Source: Hydrolagus colliei (taxonomy: Eukaryota). From it: DNA of 64,000 bases. The notes under the pieces are model-generated. The model was not told where the DNA came from and made no database searches. It saw only the letters and a list, made by a program, of their open reading frames with translations. The position numbers and the translations under genes are program-made. The stretch covers positions 7,874,001-7,938,000 of the forward strand of contig CM068759.1 in assembly GCA_035084275.1 (NCBI GenBank), written 5' to 3'. Below, in pieces: positions 32,466-42,930 of this stretch (the first letter of the stretch is position 1; every line of letters begins with the position of its first letter).

Positions 32466-35400
32466 CACAGACTTCAGCCTCATCTTTCAACTGATTACAA
32501 TGAGCTTTATTTACTCCCAGACTCCACAGCCACACGCGCTTATTGCCTTTAATCTCCTTTGTGCGGCAACAACATTGAACCACAGTCTACGTTCACACAG
32601 CGCCCTTGCTGTGGGAGAGCTTGAGAGTGGCCAAGACTGATGCAGAGGTCAGGGGTGAGGGGGGGGGGGGGGGCGGTGGGGGGCGACCGGAAACTCTGTC
32701 GAGCCTGTATTGTGAGACGCTGGGAGACGCTACCCTACGTGAAGGCCGCTATATAAAAACGCAAGTTATTGTTGTTATGGTGGTGGTCTGAAAGCGGGGA
32801 AGGAGGGGGCGAGGCAGAGGGATTGAGGGGGAGTGCTCCAGGGTTTCGGGGCGTATTGGCTGAAAGCGCAGCCGCCGACGGTGGAGCGGAGGGGTGAAGG
32901 ACAAGCCACACGAACGGCGCTCTCTCTCTCTCTCTCTCTCCCCCCCCACCCTCCGGTTACCTGTTTGATGAAGGCGGTGGAGATCATGTCCCAGGACACG
33001 ATACCGTGGTCCATCAGCTCCAGGAACGCTGTCAGGGTAAACGCCAGCGTCTCCCCAAAACTGTAACACACGCAGCATCAGCAACACACAGCCACAGGTT
33101 ACAATGTGCACTGAACATCAGGAAGAAACTATACAGGCCCAGAGAAAGGGGTGGGGGGGGGGAGGGGAGGGGGAACAATAGACAGTGAAAGAGTTTGTGG
33201 GCAGCAGTGTCCTACAAACAGCCATGGAGTGAGAGACCAATTGTTTTACTTGGGGGATTGTTGGTTGAGAAGTGGTGGGTGTGGGGAGGGTTGAGTAGGG
33301 GGGTGGCAGAGAGAGGTGGGTAGAGAGGGAAGGGTGGGGGGGAGGAGGGGGAGGGAGCAACGGAGGGACGGACGGAGGGACGGACAGGCGTGATGTGTAC
33401 GAAGCAGTGACTGACTTGGTGCCGCTCTCCACTAGTAGGGTGAGGATGTAGATACCCTCCAGGTTGATGAACTCGGTGGCGAAGGTGGCGTCAGCCGACA
33501 GCTTGGCAAGTTCCTTCAGGGCCTCCAACCGCGAGTCAGTGCCGGGAGCCTGGACTCTCTCCAGCAACTGCCGGGCAGCGCGATACTGCGGGGAGAGATC
33601 GAGAGAGATCAAGAGGGAGATAGAGCATCAGCGAGACAACAATAACACTATCAACAACAACCACAACAACTTTCATTTACACAGAGCACTTCACATCTAG
33701 TAGTGTCTCGGAATGTTTAACTATGACAGAGCCTGACGCCAGGCCGGGTGGGAGGTGACTGTTGGAGAGGATGGTCTCCAGGAGAGATCTGAAAATGGGG
33801 ATGGAGGGGGCAAGGCGGAGGGATTGAGGGAGAGAGTTCCAAAGTTTGGGGGCGTAGCGGCTGGAAGCACGGCCGGTGATGGTGAAATGGAGGCAATGAG
33901 GCAGCAGAGTGGAAATAGCGGGTTGTAGGGAGTAAGCAGTTTGGAGAGATAGGGGGAGGTACCAGGGCTTGGAAGGGATTTGTAGGTGAGTGTGAGGATC
34001 ATGAGGTTGATCCATTCTGAAACAGGGAGCCAGTGGACCCTAGTGAGGACTTGTGCGATGGGGGTACAGTATAGGGGCTACAAGCGGATACTCTTGGGGA
34101 ATATAACACCCGCTCTTTTACGAGGGGTCTGGATAGAGAGCTCAGAGAAGCACATCTCAGCTACAAGCAACTAGTAACTGTCTGGTGGGGTGGGTGAGGG
34201 GGTAGGGGGGGGTGGGAGAGGGCTGGGGCTTCAATTTTCTCAGTATTTTTCACCCCCTTGTCCTAGCAGTGGACAAGCAGTGGGAAAGCTTGCCAGGCTG
34301 CGCTTTCAATGGCAAGCTACGCGTGTTTAGCTGGTTAGACGCCAGAAATTACTCCAACACTCACACTAAGATCCACCCCACCCAGCCCCTCCCCAAGCCT
34401 TGGCTCTCACCAACCTTCGCCTGAGGCTCTCTGGAATTACATCAGCGGTGTGCGTCCCATTCCAGACACAGGGAGATTTCTGGGAATGTGAGGAATTCTC
34501 TGTGTCTAGACTCAACGGGTCTATTTCCTGCTCTGTTTTTTTTGTTAAAATTAAATTAGTTGTTTTTTAAATCCCTTCCCATAGAATCATAGAGGCTTGC
34601 AGCTCAGAAACAGCCCACCAGATCTATGGGTGAAGTGCCTAGTCTAATACCAGCCACACTCCTGATCACCCCCCACCAAAACTCTATAAGCATCTCTCTC
34701 TGTTTCAGACATGGTCCCAACCTCCCACTTTACAATAATACCCCGAGTTTGGGCCTCGAACAAACAATTCCACATTCCAGTCACGCTCTGTGTAAAGAAT
34801 GTGGCTAAACTTCCCCTTTCATTCCTTTCACACTTTATCCTCTTTTCCCTCCAGTCACTGAGCAATGAGAATAACTCACTGATGGGATAACCAGTGATCC
34901 AGACACCGGAAGAGGGGCAGCCAGCGGTCTGGACAGTGGAGGTGGAGTAGGGAGGGGTGGGGCTCGGGGGGGAGGTGGGAGGGGAGGTTGAGGGGGTGGG
35001 AGAGGAGAAAAGGGGGATAGAAGGGGAGGGAAGAACTAGTGAACCAGATTGTGGGTGTTCACAAAAATACCAGACGACATTTCCTCTGGACCAGGCCTGG
35101 GACAGGGCAGGCTGGGGTGAGCTGGGAATAGCACCAATACCTACGGGAGAGATGGCCAGCCGCAGTATGGTGCCATTTTTGATCTCACTGCGAGTCTAGA
35201 AGGAATCAGGAGAGACAAACAGTGAAACATTTACAAATGAATAGACTCACTCTCCTCGAGTTTGATTCCTTGCTCCCCTCCGCCCCACTTCCAATGGGCC
35301 AGTCCCCACGGTTACCTCTCCCATGCGGCCCTTATTCATAATAATAACTCTGCGCTGCAATAATAACGCATCTGATACAGCTGGTTATAACAGCATTGAC

Positions 35401-37262
35401 ACATTTTGAAACGCTTCACGGGACACACTGTAAGGTGGAGTGATCCTGTATTTTGTTGGTGGAAGGCGATTTGCGCACAGCCGTGTCCCGCAAACAGTCA
35501 TGGAGTGAGGCGAGCGGGGGATTGTTGGCCAGGACACCGAGAGACACGAAACATTGCCAGGCAAATCAAAGGGGAACGAGAATGTAGGTTAGTGAGAGCT
35601 TTATAGCTGGAGATTAAAAGAGCGCAAGATGTGTTTAATGGTTTGATCCACGGGCCGTGCTCAAGAAGTCACCGCTGAACAGTGCCACCAGCACTGACCT
35701 GACAGGCAAGGTCTCCTCTCGAGATGGGAGTCCGGCTTACTGCAGGGAGGGGAGGGGAGCATGTGGGCCTAGTACGTGTGTGATTACATCTGTGACTTAA
35801 TTATTCTAACAACCGGTGTAAGGCAACACAGACGGCGTTAACTCCCTCACTGCCTCCCCAGTCATACACGGGCGTATAGATACGCACACGCTCGTGACAC
35901 ACATGCACGCTCACACAGCACACACACGCACATACACTTGTACACGCACACACACACACACACACAGATACACACAGTGGAGTTTAGGATGAGAGGAGCC
36001 TGACCTTCTCAGTGATGTAGAGCTGCGTCCCGTCAGCATAGCGCAGTGTGTAGTGTTCGGGGTTTGACAGTGTCCACCTGACAAAACAGCGATAAACAGC
36101 AGCAGTCAGTCAGTCAGTCAGTCAGTCAAGCCCCAGGCCCCCGTCACCCCACACCCCCAACTTCCCACAAACCCAGCTCCCAGCCCGGCCACGCATTGCA
36201 TATCGGGCTGACTCAGCGACTTACCCATCACAAACCTCCCTGATGATCGCAGTCAGCGGTTTCTTCTGTAAGAGGGAGAAAGTAACAACGAACAAACTGA
36301 TCATCGAGATCCTCATCACCGCGAGCAGAGCTCCCCCTCCCCCACCCCACCCCACCCCCAGAACACTAAACGTGGAACATTTCAGAACGAATGGGAAACC
36401 ACACAGCGGTCAACCATTCATTCACAGCCTTTCATTCACTGCAAAGTAAACTTTTCTTCGCAACTGGAAGCTTTTTAGCTTAGATCATCACAGCCTCGCA
36501 TGAGATCACAAGGTTCGTTTGGATGAAGGTCCGTTGGTCCTTCAGCCCAACCGATCTCATCCCTCCAGAGCACCAGGCCTACCATTCCCCTCATCGCCCA
36601 CAAAATATACAGTCAATTAACTTTACAGTATATTCTGTGAAGCGCTTTGAGAATGTCGATAAGATGTAAAAAGTGTTATACCAAATGCAAGGATTATTAT
36701 TTTTATCATTATTATCACAGCATCAATGTCAATGGCTTCAAACTGGCTTCCGGGCAAAGGCTCGGCACAAAACAACTTGTCTATGTGTGTGTGTGTGTGT
36801 GTTTGTGTGAGAGACAGTGTGTGAGAGTGAGTGAGTGTGTGTGACAATGTGTGTGTGTGACAATGTGTGCGTGTTTGCAAAATTGCATCTGGGAGAGTGG
36901 GATTGTCTGCATGTGTGTGTGTGTGAGAGTGAGGGTGTGTGTGTGAGAGAACATGTGTGTGAATGAACGTGTGTGTGTAATAATAAAATAATAATCCTTG
37001 CATTTGATATCACGCTTTTCACACCGAATCGACGTCTCAAAGAGCTTCACAGAATATACTGTAAAGTTAATTGATGTCACTTGATGCGTGTGAATTGATG
37101 TGTATGAAAGTGTGCAACAGTGAGTGAGTGTGCTTCCTTCCCCTTCCTCCCCCCACCCCCACCCCCCACTCCCCCAGTTCTCACCTGGTCGATTTCGATC
37201 AGCTGGGCGTTGGCTCCAGGCCACTCGATAGCGACCTTCACGATGTCAGACGGAGGGGGCAT
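10334..37262 (-). CDS. ELMO2: Engulfment and cell motility protein 2, whole gene CDS (20 constitutive coding exons, 2139 nt, 712 aa)
   Basis: N-terminus [20 protein letters not shown] and C-terminus [22 protein letters not shown] are ELMO2-type. RBD, ARM/EID, ELMO, PH and EAD/PxxP regions are present in order, and all exon phases join in frame. Confidence 0.96.
10690..11160 (+). mobile_element. L2-clade LINE 3' fragment
   Basis: Degenerate HWLPI/FKILI segment and 3' tail ...GTGAAAGACGCTATACAAAT. Confidence 0.7.
11480..12350. mobile_element. CR1-type LINE remnants (RT fragment on minus ~11480-11900; 3' tails on plus ~12070-12350)
   Basis: Degenerate KW..W.MFN.EK.KV-like motif on minus; tail GGGCCGAATGGCCTCCT...ATTCTATG. 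Confidence 0.6.
12456..12533 (-). CDS. ELMO2: ELMO2 coding exon 19 (GC donor)
   Basis: CAG|[26 protein letters not shown]|GCAAGT, 78 nt. Confidence 0.94.
13890..14250 (-). mobile_element. Deu-domain (AmnSINE/SacSINE-like) SINE copy; similar copies at ~14610-15050, 17000-17290, 20140-20470, 61010-61350
   Basis: Shared 3' body plus a Deu-like segment (CAGGTGGATGTTAA...CTATTCGAAA.GAGAAGGGAG...GGCCAACAAT); family assignment from memory. Confidence 0.65.
14332..14414 (-). CDS. ELMO2: ELMO2 coding exon 18
   Basis: CAG|[28 protein letters not shown]|GTACAA, 83 nt. Confidence 0.95.
15115..15222 (-). CDS. ELMO2: ELMO2 coding exon 17 (PH domain)
   Basis: CAG|[36 protein letters not shown]|GTAAGT, 108 nt. 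Confidence 0.96.
15562..15671 (-). CDS. ELMO2: ELMO2 coding exon 16
   Basis: CAG|[36 protein letters not shown]|GTATGG, 110 nt. Confidence 0.96.
16618..16781 (-). CDS. ELMO2: ELMO2 coding exon 15
   Basis: TAG|[55 protein letters not shown]|GTAGGT, 164 nt (not in ORF track). Confidence 0.96.
17550..17920 (+). mobile_element. tRNA-derived SINE copy
   Basis: Head remnant, linker, body and TTA tail. Confidence 0.75.
20567..21830. mobile_element. hAT-superfamily non-autonomous DNA transposon (MITE-like, 1264 bp)
   Basis: Perfect 16-bp TIR TAGGGAACGGCGATAT, 8-bp TSD GTCTAGGC (20559-20566 and 21831-21838), subterminal ATCGG/CCGAT repeats; interrupts a SINE. Confidence 0.9.
20880..21590. repeat. 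C-rich degenerate tandem repeat (core CCCCCCAGCCGTCTCTCTCCCC) inside the hAT element
   Basis: Repeated core visible directly; source of the spurious Pro-rich/Gly-rich ORFs. Confidence 0.85.
22530..22912 (-). mobile_element. tRNA-derived SINE copy
   Basis: Tail, body, linker and head on the minus strand. Confidence 0.8.
23112..23248 (-). CDS. ELMO2: ELMO2 coding exon 14
   Basis: CAG|[46 protein letters not shown]|GTACCC, 137 nt. Confidence 0.96.
23945..24053 (-). CDS. ELMO2: ELMO2 coding exon 13
   Basis: CAG|[36 protein letters not shown]|GTAAGT, 109 nt. Confidence 0.96.
24808..24912 (-). CDS. ELMO2: ELMO2 coding exon 12
   Basis: CAG|[35 protein letters not shown]|GTAACC, 105 nt. Confidence 0.96.
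25604..25729 (-). CDS. ELMO2: ELMO2 coding exon 11
   Basis: CAG|[42 protein letters not shown]|GTATGT, 126 nt. Confidence 0.96.
26301..26423 (-). CDS. ELMO2: ELMO2 coding exon 10
   Basis: CAG|[41 protein letters not shown]|GTCAGC, 123 nt. Confidence 0.96.
26449..26816 (-). mobile_element. tRNA-derived SINE copy ending ~23 nt from ELMO2 exon 10 acceptor
   Basis: Tail, body, linker and head on the minus strand. Confidence 0.78.
27246..27296 (-). CDS. ELMO2: ELMO2 coding exon 9
   Basis: CAG|[17 protein letters not shown]|GTGAGT, 51 nt. Confidence 0.95.
28704..28738 (-). CDS. ELMO2: ELMO2 alternative microexon candidate (35 nt as given; 27 nt from internal AG)
   Basis: Pyrimidine tract ...TCTGCTCCCCCTCAG, strong donor ACA|GTAAGT. 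The 3' reading frame gives EPALHLPLT, resembling the recalled mouse 12-aa insert DKHLNPLDLPVT at the same junction. Confidence 0.65.
29186..29264 (-). CDS. ELMO2: ELMO2 coding exon 8
   Basis: CAG|[26 protein letters not shown]|GTCAGC, 79 nt. Confidence 0.95.
29478..30150. repeat. Unclassified ~650-bp dispersed repeat, copy 1
   Basis: Near-identical to 53493-54135, same orientation, offset 24002 bp over the core. Confidence 0.85.
30330..31170. mobile_element. L2 reverse-transcriptase remnants (minus ~30330-30450; plus ~30860-31170)
   Basis: [17 protein letters not shown] on minus; [24 protein letters not shown] on plus. Confidence 0.7.
31168..31450. repeat. (TG)n compound microsatellite with an 84-bp higher-order duplication
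   Basis: 28-aa periodicity in the ORF track; other (CA)n tracts at ~18465, 25495, 28940, 35890, 36785, 38260. Confidence 0.85.
31488..31639 (-). CDS. ELMO2: ELMO2 coding exon 7
   Basis: CAG|[51 protein letters not shown]|GTGAGT, 152 nt. Confidence 0.95.
32961..33060 (-). CDS. ELMO2: ELMO2 coding exon 6
   Basis: CAG|[33 protein letters not shown]|GTAACC, 100 nt. Confidence 0.95.
33416..33585 (-). CDS. ELMO2: ELMO2 coding exon 5
   Basis: CAG|[56 protein letters not shown]|GTCAGT, 170 nt (donor position slightly uncertain). Confidence 0.9.
33655..34060 (-). mobile_element. L2-clade LINE 3' fragment
   Basis: [34 protein letters not shown] plus TTG tail. Confidence 0.8.
35145..35195 (-). CDS. 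ELMO2: ELMO2 coding exon 4
   Basis: TAG|[17 protein letters not shown]|GTAGGT, 51 nt. Confidence 0.95.
36005..36077 (-). CDS. ELMO2: ELMO2 coding exon 3
   Basis: CAG|[24 protein letters not shown]|GTCAGG, 73 nt. Confidence 0.95.
36225..36265 (-). CDS. ELMO2: ELMO2 coding exon 2
   Basis: CAG|[14 protein letters not shown]|GTAAGT, 41 nt. Confidence 0.94.
37185..37262 (-). CDS. ELMO2: ELMO2 coding exon 1 (exon begins in UTR at 37325)
   Basis: [26 protein letters not shown]|GTGAGA; upstream acceptor TTTCACTGCAG ending at 37326. Confidence 0.96.
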
Positions 37263-37380
37263 GGTGCTGAGATTCCAGGGGATGGAGAGAGCTTTGGTGA
37301 TTCAGAACATCACCTCACGTCAAACCTGCAGTGAAACAACACAGAGGGCAAGTTCAGGGCATTCATCACACAACAGTCAC

Positions 37381-37685
37381 GATAATAATAATGATCCTTG
37401 CATTAGATATAGCGCTTTTCACTTCCAGATGTCTCAAAGCGCTTCACAGAATATACTGCAAAGTGAATTGACTGGATCTACGAGGGCGAAACGCAGCAGC
37501 CAATTGTGCACGGTGGTGTCCCACAAACAGTCGTGGATTGAAATGACCAGTTAATAAAAAATTCAGGGATTATTATCAGGCGTGGTGGAGAAAGGAAACT
37601 TGCCCAAGGTTTCGCCCTGCAGGGGATCAAACCCGGGTCTCTCGCTTGTAAGACGAGTGCTTTACCCACTGAGCTACAGGACAGG
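37381..37685 (-). mobile_element. tRNA-derived SINE copy
   Basis: Tail, body and head on the minus strand, just upstream of ELMO2 coding exon 1. Confidence 0.8.
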
Positions 37686-39520
37686 CCGCCCCCCCCCCAC
37701 CCCCCCACCACACTTCCCAGCCTGTACCATCCCACCAACCCACCCATATCATATTATACATTAATATATAATTATTATTATTATTATAATAATCCTTGCA
37801 TTTGAGATTGTGCCTTATTACGTCATCAAGACGTCACAAATCGCTCCGTAGAATATACTGTAAAATGAATTGACTGTGAATTTATTTTGTGGGCAAAACA
37901 TGGCAGCCGATTGTGCACAGTGGTGTCCCACAAACATTCGGACAAGCATCGGGAATGTTTGTCAGTCAGCGCCGTATCATTGGGGTTTTAGCTGGTAATA
38001 CTCCAGCAGTTACCCCAAGTATCATAGGCAGCGTCAAGCTGCACCTAATACTCAGGTAAGCAGTAATCGTCCCTCCAGGGAGAGAGAGCTCATTCCATTA
38101 CAACAACCCATCTCTGGGATTTCCATGTGGAAGTGGGAATCTCAGCTCTCAGAGAAAGAGAACGGGTGTCAACAGCTGAGCAGTTATCAGCAGCGCAGTT
38201 ATAGCACAAAATGTTATTGCAGCTTCCAATCAGCCTCATACTGACAGGGGTACAGTGCCACACACATACACACACACAGGGTTGTCTGCCGGACACAGAC
38301 GCACACATACACACACATACACGCAGAGTGCCCCGCGCACATGCACACACACAGTGTCGCGCGCACATGCACATACACACACACACACACACGAGTGCCC
38401 TGCGCACACACACAGTGCCATGCGCACAGATGCATACATCCAATGCCAGATGCACGCAATGCCATGCATGCACACACACGCACAAACACACGCACGAACA
38501 CACACACACACACCTCTTGGAGCCTCCAAAATGTTTGATATCAAACAACCGACAGCTTCTCATGTAAGGACATTGCTTTCTTCAACACCCCCCCCCCCAC
38601 CTCAACAACCCTGATCCCACACACACAGTAACTCACTGATAGATCAGCAATACTGAAGAGCCATCTGTTTTTATTGTTGTTGTATTTAATCACTGAGCCA
38701 TCAGCCTGATCCCATCAGCCACTGTTACTTACAGACCCGTCTCTTCCCTCCCGTCTCTCTCTCTCTCCTCCCCTCTCTCCCTTTCCCTCTTTTTTCTGCA
38801 GCGTTTCTCTCCTTCTCTCCGTCCGTCTCTTTCCCTTTCTCTCGGCTGAGCTCAGCTGGCCTCATACGGCTGCTTTTCATTCATTTCGCCTCCACAAAGC
38901 TCTCGTGTCTCTACAATTTCCTCCCTTGTGCAACTCTTGAGAGGCTGCGGTTCTGGATGGCTGACGCTGGTGGTGTATACGTAAAGCAGCTTGTATTTGG
39001 CGCGATGAGCGCACACTTCCTCAGCCCGTCTCACCACTTCCCATTCCCCCCTCCCTCCCTCCCCCCCCCCTCCCTCCCTCCCCCTCTCTCTCTGTGTACA
39101 GGCTCAGGCTGCCTGTGTGTGGGCAGGTAAGGCAAACACACACACACACACACACAGAGGACAACAGTATATGATCACTGGACGCGCAATCTGTCACCAC
39201 TCACTGCTCAGGAAATTCTTCTGGAACGCTGTGCCAGACAGTGGGAAAAGGGGGGAATAGAAACTGGAGGGAGGAATAGTGACGACGATGATGATAACCT
39301 TGCAGTTGATATGGCACCTTATCACGTCGGAAGGACGTCTGGATGAGCTTCACAGAATTTATTGTCGAAGGGAGGGACTGCCTATGGGTAGGCAATCGCA
39401 ACAGCACAATTGCTCACGGCAATGTCCCACAAACAGCTGTGAAACGAGTGCCCGCTGGATTCCAGGGCACTGTTGACGACACCCGACCCCAGCCTGACTC
39501 ATCGGCAGGTCTTACAAGGG

Positions 39521-40103
39521 CAGACCGGTCACTGGGTGGGGGGTGGGGGGGGCAGACCGGTCACTGGGTGGGGGGTGGGGGGGCAGACCGGTCACTGGGT
39601 GGGGGGTGGGGGGGCAGACCGGTCACTGGGTGGGGGGTGGGGGGTGGGGGGGCAGACCGGTCACTGGGTGGGGGGTGGGGGGGCAGACCGGTCACTGGGT
39701 GGGGGGGTGGGGGGGCAGACCGGTCACTGGGTGGGGGGTGGGGGGGCAGACCGGTCACTGGGTGGGGGGTGGGGGGGCAGACCGGTCACTGGGTGGGGGG
39801 GCAGACCGGTCACTGGGTGGGGGGTGGGGGGGCAGACCGGTCACTGGGTGGGGGGTGGGGGGGCAGACCGGTCACTGGGTGGGGGGTGGGGGGGCAGACC
39901 GGTCACTGGGTGGGGGGTGGGGGGGCAGACCGGTCACTGGGTGGGGGGTGGGGGGGCAGACCGGTCACTGGGTGGGGGGTGGGGGGGCAGACCGGTCACT
40001 GGGTGGGGGGTGGGGGGGCAGACCGGTCACTGGGGGGGGGGGGGGGCAGACCGGTCACTGGGTGGGGGGGGGGCAGACCGGTCACTGGGTGGGGGGGGGG
40101 CAG
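39521..40103 (+). repeat. G-rich minisatellite, ~19 units, mostly 31 bp (CAGACCGGTCACTGGGTGGGGGGTGGGGGGG)
   Basis: Direct count of CAGACCGGTCACT cores. Confidence 0.95.
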
Positions 40104-42549
40104 GGATTCTTCCCATTCAGCTCCTGGTTAACCCTGCAAGCCAAAACCCCGAGCAGCCGGGCGAGCAGCGGGAAGCTCGCCACGCAGCGCTTTCAATGGA
40201 AAACTCTCCACGACCTGTGACCGAGTCTATCCGGAATTGGGTAGAGACTATCCACGTGTTCAACTCTCACACTGATCGAGGGAACTGGGGCTGTCCTCAC
40301 GCATAAAGTCAGACAGACAGACAGGCAGACACGGGCATGTGCCATTAATATCCTACTGTTTTCATATCTACAAAAGGGCCAGCCCTAATCAGTGCATATT
40401 TCTGCAGTGTAATTCAAACTGAACCAGTGACCATTGATTTGGTGTGAGCCTGAGGGTATGTGTGGCAATATATTCCCAGTGAACAATAAGCTTGTTTATC
40501 GACAGGACGGTTCCCCATTCAGCCAGCGAGGTCGATAGTCGTTTAAATTCAGGAAATGAGAGAGGGGATGACACGGGCGCTGTGTTTATATAGAAAACTG
40601 AACACCGAGCAGCAGTGTTCTCCGAGGAGATTCCGAGATAAAACGACTTCCTGAATTCCTTTCGAAAACCCGTCTCGTTTTGGTTTGCTCAAGAGCGAAA
40701 CCTCACCACACACACGCTGCACAACTTGTCCACTAAGCCATTCAAATCCATTCAAATCTCTGTGTTAAAGTCTATCTGCTGCATTCGCAGATCACTTGTG
40801 CTCCATTTGAAAGACCCCCCCCCCTCCCCTCCCATCCCACCCAGTTACAAATTCTCATTCGGATGAGACGATAAACAGAAGTCTGCCTACCTATTGAGGT
40901 GGACTTTAAAGATCCCACTGCACTACTCAAAAAGAGAAGGGAGTTTCTCTCACGCCGTGACTTCCTCTGAGCCTGTTAGATCATGGCTGATTTGTACCTC
41001 AACTCCATTAACCCTGCTTTGCTCCATATCCCTTGACACCCTTGCCTAACGCAAACGGGGAACACTTGGAACTATTTTCCTCAGGAGAGCTGCAGTATGT
41101 GCTTTGCTGGACGCAAGGTCGATAGTCACTGTCCACGTGAAGGACCACGTGTTTTGCGAACCGTGGAGTCATCCCCAGACATTAGCTATTTCCTTTGGGA
41201 GACAAACTGAACATGCATGTGTTCTGGAATACAGCAAAGGAAAAGAAACAAACCTCAGTTCACACAGGGGCCACATTCCCTCATGTCTGTGGCACTGATA
41301 AGTTCTCTCTCCTCCATCTCCCCCTCCCCTTTCTGCTTCCCATAACCGCTCAGATGTTTATCCAGCTGTTTTTCTTCAATGATTCAATTGATCTGGTCTC
41401 AATATCAGTTGTGTGGGAACGAATTCCAAACGAAACCCTAACGACCCTCTCAAGCGAAGAAATTCATCTCATCTTCTCCCCTGCTAAGTAAGTCTCTCCA
41501 ACGAAAGATAATAGACTCATCCTCCCACCCCACTCCGCATCCACCATCTACCGTTTTGAGACATCTCCAAGTGCTTCACAGAATATACTGTAAAATAAAC
41601 TGACTACACGTTTTGTGTCAAAACACAGCAGGCAATTGCGCGCAGCATAAAGCTTGAACCCACAACCCTCTGACTCAGAGGTGCGAATGCTATCGCAGAG
41701 CAAAACTGATGCACATAAGATAACATTTCTGTAGACATGGTCGGTGGTGCTCCTCCATCAGTGATGGATTGGGCAAGACTGCGAGAGAGAGAGGCCTGGG
41801 ATCTTTTTCCACATCCTGGATACCAATCGCACAATCTCCAAACGATGAGATAACTTCAACCAAGCCCCGATTCTGTGCACTGGCAGGCAATCCAGTCAAG
41901 TTTTGTTGAAGTGACAATAGCTGTGACTGCGCCACAGCAGAGAATGCACTCAGGACGTCTGGGGTTACAATGCGTTCCGTTCAGTGCAGTTGCCGCGAGC
42001 TCGCTGATGTTAACATCGAGCAGCTTGACAACGATGCTGAGAGTAGAACCACAGCAGGAAACGGGATGAGACTTGTGGTTTACCAAGAAGACACGAATAC
42101 GACAAAAAGTGTGCGCTTTATCAAAGCCTCTTTTTGTCGGATTGCAGAGTGGGTCATTTGCAGCTCAGGGTGGCTTTTTTGAAAGGTCTGGCCTGGTCTC
42201 GAAGGCAATAACTGACAGACCTGGTAATAAATAACATGCACACGAGGATGTGGGCCATTGACTTGTATGGAAACGAGAGTAAAATGGCAAAGGGTGTAAT
42301 TGTGGTCAAAACCTGAGATGAGATTTGGTCATTTTTTCATCGTAAATAATCCTTGCATTTGATACTGCGCCTTTTCACGCGACTGAAAAGCATTAGAGAG
42401 CACGTTGTAGCATTAGTGGCAGGTGCAGTGACTGTATTTTGTAGGCAAACGCGGCAGACATTTCACGCTCAGCCGTGTTTTGAGGCTCTAAATAAGGGAC
42501 CGTCTCAACACAGCCATCACTCGCACAAGTGAAACTCTCTCCAGCTACT

Positions 42550-42930
42550 CGCTGTAGCCGAGCGGTCAGAGCCCTCGCCTCACACAGCAAGAGGACCCGG
42601 TTTCGATGCCTACGCTGGGGCCAAACCTCGGGCAAGTTTCGTCACTCCACACGCTTTGTTTACCCAGTCGTAAGTAGCAACCCGGTGGTGAGTCTGCCGG
42701 CGGATCACTTTTCGGGAGAAATAATCCTTCCAAACATAGACGAAATAAATAATAAATTGTGTCACTCAATCCAGGGCTGTTTGTGGGACACCGCTGTGGA
42801 CAAATTGGTTGTCCCACAGAACGCACAGCCAATCCACTTTACAGCTTATTGTGTGTGAAGTGCTTGGAGACGTCTCAGCGACATGATAATGCTCTGTATC
42901 AAATGCAAGGATTATAATAATAATAATGAT
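42550..42930 (+). mobile_element. tRNA-derived SINE copy
   Basis: Head, linker, body and tail. Confidence 0.75.

Noticed and set aside
39343-40306. Gly-rich ORFs of 225-277 aa
   Set aside because: Translation of the 31-bp G-rich minisatellite in all three frames
41690-42090. Unique-looking block with several 60-80 aa ORFs (possible RTE LINE remnant or exon)
   Set aside because: No recognisable motif or coherent splice sites; similarity too weak to call without BLAST
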